Notes under the pieces: generated by a model
Seen by the model: the letters and a program-made list of their open reading frames with translations, nothing else
The model's database searches: none
What the model was told of the DNA's origin: nothing
Position numbers and translations under genes: made by a program
From: Euglena gracilis
Lineage: Eukaryota
DNA: 64,000 bases
Assembly (NCBI GenBank): GCA_039621445.1
Contig: CP154954.1
Coordinates: 32,403,455-32,467,454 of the forward strand
Reading direction: 5' to 3'
Shown: in pieces, positions 60,246 through 64,000 of the stretch
How the letters are laid out: each line of letters begins with the position of its first letter
Numbering within the stretch: position 1 is the first letter of the stretch

Positions 60246-60351
60246 CAAAAATCGACCGACACTAACAGATTCAGCAGGGGCGCCGGGCGCAAGCGAGCGA
60301 AGCGAGCCGCCCGGCGCCCCTGCTGAATCTGTTAGTGTCGGTCGATTTTTC
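60246..60351. mobile_element. Hairpin MITE, 43-bp perfect arms, TA-flanked
   Basis: 60247-60289 is the reverse complement of 60308-60350 with an 18-nt loop; TA on both sides. Confidence 0.85.
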
Positions 60352-60448
60352 TAAAACCTATTTTGTCTGGGCCCGACGCCTGTCTTGATATTCATTCGAC
60401 CGAACCGCCTGGACGGAAATATGGTCAAAAAAGTGGTTTTTGGCCCAT

Positions 60449-60612
60449 TAACGGGCGCCTGAATGGAAATCGACTGACATAAACGGCGCCTGAATGGAAA
60501 TCGACCGACATAAACGGGCGCCTGAATGGAAATCGACTGACATAAACGGGCGCCTGAATGGAAATCGACTGTCATAAACGGGCGCCTGAATGGAAATCGA
60601 CTGACATAAACG
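60449..60612 (+). repeat. 32-bp minisatellite AAACGGGCGCCTGAATGGAAATCGACTGACAT, about 5 copies
   Basis: Direct head-to-tail repeats. Confidence 0.92.
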
Positions 60613-60790
60613 GTTTCCGATGTCTTGGAAATCGACCAACCTTTTGTTTCCTTTTTTGAACGCCTTTTTGTTCCGTTTTGGGACATTTTCAGTTTCAGCC
60701 TGAAACCTGTTAATGTCGACCAACATTTTGTCTCTTTTTTTTCGGAATGCTTTTTTCTTTTTTTCAATCTCTATATCAAGAACTGCTTCT

Positions 60791-60894
60791 TAAACGCAGA
60801 CTCTGACCTGAGTCTGCGTTTCGAAACGCAGACTCAGGCCGAATAACAGACTCAGCGTTTCGAAACAGAGACTCAGGCCAGAGTCTGCGTTTTA
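60791..60894. mobile_element. Small palindromic MITE-like element
   Basis: TAAACGCAGACTCTGACCTGAGTCT... inverted as ...AGACTCAGGCCAGAGTCTGCGTTTTA, with internal palindromes. Confidence 0.7.
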
Positions 60895-61324
60895 TTACAA
60901 ACACAGATTTTGACCAAAGCCATGAACACAGCCTTTTGCTATGAACACAGCCTTGGCCCGAAATCCGATGATGTCAATATAATTGCAATACAGGCGTCGA
61001 GCCCAGAAAATAGGGTTGACATTGCCAAATAACTCCTCACCCGAAAGCTTTTCTTTTAGATGACCAGTGATGACAATTGGTTCAGGACACATATGCCGAA
61101 TGCTTTTTCTGAAGATCCAGAAAATAATAATCTTAAGTACCGTCCTTCCGTCTGTTCCATCCAAAGTTCAGCCAGCTGTGATCACCTGGCCACAAAATTT
61201 GGTTTTTGTCTGATCCAGAACTCCTCCACAACCCCATAGGACCAAAAATGTCGAAAAAATGGAAATACAAAATGTCCAAAAAATCACTAAAAATTCCCAA
61301 TCTGACTAGCAACAGATTTCAATG

Positions 61325-61476
61325 GAGTGGAAATCGACTTTCATAAACGGGCGCCTGAATGGAAATCGACTGTCGTAAACGGGCGCCTGAATGGAAATCG
61401 ACTGACATAAACGGGCGCCTGAATGGAAATCGACCGACATAAACGGGCGCCTGAATGGAAATCGACCGACATAAAC
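61325..61476 (+). repeat. Second block of the 32-bp minisatellite
   Basis: Same unit and orientation as 60449-60612. Confidence 0.9.
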
Positions 61477-62896
61477 AATTTCAGCTTGAAATCCGTTAAT
61501 GTCAGTAGAATTTCAAGACAGGCGTCGGGCCCAGAAAATAGGTTTTAATGGAGAAACTTCACCGGTGAAGTTCACCGGTGAAGGTCACCGCCATGTATTT
61601 CCAATGAAGAGGGGGGGGGGAGGGGGGGTCCCGCCCGAAAAACCCAAAGTCACCGCCTGATCTCCCCTAAATGACCCCCCTCTTGTCCCGGCCCAGACCC
61701 CGGAGGGTAACTTAGGCGGGGGGGGGGGTCACTTAGGGGGGGTCGGAAAAAAAGGGTGTCGGACACCCCCCACCCCTTTTTTCGGAATTTTTTTTGTGAA
61801 ATTTGTGTTCTCTGGCATCATTTCCACTAGAAGGAAAACTCACGATTCTGAAAATCTCAAAAAAATCGGTCGTTTTTGAAGACTTTTTTCTTGAAAAAAT
61901 TTCCATTGTCTGGGCCGGGACCCCGGAGGGTCATTTAGGGGGGGGGGGTCGTTTAGGGGGGGGTAATGGTAGTCGCCACCGACCATGGTCGCTAGCGACC
62001 ATTTTCTAGCGAATAGTCACCAGCGACCATTGGTCGGGCCGACTAGTCGGCCCGACCACCATTTTTAGTCCACCCCCCCCTCTAAAAAAGTTTTTAACCC
62101 CCCCCCTCCAAAAAAATTTCATTCAAATGACTCGAAACCCACCCAAATGCCCCAGAAACTCCCATTCGGGGTCCATTTGCAAAAAATTTTGGGTAATATC
62201 TTCTTTTTGATCCAGTTCTGTGAAACTTGGGAGTGAAGGGGCTCCGTGCGGAAAATCGTGGGTTACCAAATTGCGGGTCGGGCCGACCTGACCGGCCCGA
62301 CCTGTGGGTGCTTATCGACCTGTGTTGGTCGGGCCGACCAGGTCGGGCCGACCCACAATATTCCGCACTACCCCCCCCTTCTGGAGATTTAAGCCCCCCC
62401 TGAAAAAAAACGTTTATCCAAATCACCCCAAAACCAGTCAAAACCCACTTAAATGGCTTGAGAACACCCCAATCGGGGGTGAATATGCAAAAACTTGGGG
62501 GGGGGGGAATGCCCAAAAAGGGGTCGCACCGTCAAATAGGGGGTGCTTCAGCACAGAATCCCCCCGGGCAGTCAATTACCACCCCCCCCCCCCTAATTGA
62601 CCGTGGGACCTCTCCACGGGACCCCCCTTTTGGTCAATTAGGGGGGGGGGTCAATTAGGGGGGGGGTACCGTCAATTAGGGGGGGGTACCATCAATTAGG
62701 GGGTGCTTCAGCACGGAATCCCCCCGGGTAGTCAATTAGGGGGGGGGGTCGAAAAATTTTTCCCCGGGGCGATCGGTCAATTAGGGGGGGGGTCAATTAG
62801 GGGGGGGGGGGGGTGGTGGTAGGGGGTTGAAAAAATTTTCCTGGGGCGTTTGGTCAATTATTAGAGGGGGGTTTGAATTAGGGGGGGGGAGGTGGT

Positions 62897-63495
62897 AACA
62901 AAATCCCTTTGCTGCCGGACCGTTTTGTGAGCATGCGCAATCAGACACCCATTGTCGGAGTGCGCCTTCAGCGCCCTTGGTCGTCTAGCGGGGGGGGGGG
63001 CTGCCACCCCCCGCCCCCCCCCCCCCCCCAAACAAAATCCCTTTGGTCGTCTAGCGGGGGGGGGGGGGGCTGCCCCCCCCCCCCCCCCGCACCCCCCGCC
63101 CCCCAATAACAAAATCCCTTTGGTGCCGGACCGTTTTGTGTGCATGCGCAATCAGACACGCATTGTCAGAGGGCGCCTTCGGCGCCCTTGGTCGTCTAGC
63201 GGGGGGGGGGGTTACCGCCCCCCCCCCCCGCACCCCCCCCCGCCCCCAATGACAAAATCCCTTTTCTGCCGGACCGTTTTGTGTGCATGCGCAATCAGAC
63301 ACCCATTGTCGCAGGCGCCTTCAGCGCCCTTGGTCGTCTAGCCGGGGGGGGGGGGCTGCGGGGCCCCGCCCCCCCACCTCCCCCCCGCACCTCCCCCCCC
63401 CCCCCAATGACTAAATCCCTTCGCTGCCGGACCGTTTTGTGAGCATCCGCAATCAGACACCGATTGTCGGATGGCGCCTTCGCCCTTGGTCGTCT
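62897..63495 (+). repeat. Tandem ~150-bp repeats separated by G/C runs
   Basis: AAATCCCTT..TGCCGGACCGTTTTGTG.GCAT.CGCAATCAGACAC...CCCTTGGTCGTCTA occurs four times plus one deleted copy. Confidence 0.88.
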
Positions 63496-63667
63496 AACCC
63501 GGAGCCCAACCCCAACCCTAACCCGAAACCCTAAACCTAACCCTAACCTTGAACGTAACCCGAACCCTAACCCTAAACCAAACCCTAAACCTTAAACGTA
63601 ACCTGAACCCTAACCCCAACCCTAACCCGAAACCCTAACCCTGTACCAAACCCTAATCCGAACCCTG
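63495..63667 (+). repeat. Degenerate interstitial (CCCTAA)n telomere-like tract
   Basis: Many CCCTAA/CCCGAA/CCTAAA variants over ~170 bp. Confidence 0.8.
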
Positions 63668-64000
63668 GCCCGGTCCTAGGCGGTAGACTGGGGGGGGGGG
63701 GTCCTGGGTGGTCGGCCGACTAGTCGGCCGACCACCCAATTGGTCGGCCGACTAGGCCTGGTCGGCAGCTAGTCGGCGAGACAGGGGGGGGGGGGTCCTG
63801 GGTGGTCGGCGGACTAGTCGGCCGACCACCCACTCTAATGTAGTTACGGGCCAGTCTCGCCGACTTTTTATGAAGAAAATTGTATGCAAACTAGTCGGTG
63901 GCTAGTCGGTGGGCATAAAAATGGTCTGTGGCGGGTCCAAACCACCCGGAAATGGTCCGGATGGGGCCAAATAAGTGCCTTACACCAACAGGAACACCCT

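Larger units (their letters stand above)
60352..61547. mobile_element. Non-autonomous TIR element with internal 32-bp tandem repeats
   Basis: TAAAACCTATTTT(GT)CTGGGCCCGACGCCTGTCTTGA is inverted at 61513-61547; an extra TIR-like copy lies near 60990-61018. Confidence 0.78.
57905..64000 (+). other. Repeat-dense presumed intron (nested MITE-like elements, G/C and A/T homopolymers)
   Basis: Prohibitin similarity stops at the GT donor; the remainder is low-complexity with many inverted and tandem repeats. Confidence 0.6.

Noticed and set aside
60449-61476. CRISPR array from 32-bp repeats
   Set aside because: Repeats are contiguous without unique spacers, there are no cas genes, and the context is eukaryotic.
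63495-63667. True chromosome end
   Set aside because: The tract is short, degenerate and flanked by non-telomeric sequence on both sides.

Overview
Eukaryotic, very probably euglenid, genomic DNA: copies of the euglenid spliced-leader (SL) exon CTTTCTGAGTGTCTATTTTTTTTCG are present. Bases 1-57,150 are an almost continuous chain of decayed CRE-like non-LTR retrotransposons (RT + Zn knuckle + restriction-like endonuclease) from several divergent families, labelled A-F here and joined end to end by short spacers. Four copies start with an SL followed closely by an ATG, so they look like retroposed trans-spliced RNAs. Most families end in the same ~55-nt motif, and three carry 2A/StopGo peptides (up to four 2A-type motifs in one polyprotein). 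Nested in the chain are a TA-flanked MITE, a 1.35-kb non-autonomous LTR element with a Tf1-like self-priming site, and a 23-kb array of ~5.1-kb units encoding an unknown coiled-coil protein, flanked by a 2.7-kb direct duplication. At 57,710 a host prohibitin-like gene begins; its presumed first intron is full of MITEs, palindromes, minisatellites and degenerate CCCTAA repeats. All calls come from reading the sequence and ORF track; no searches were run.
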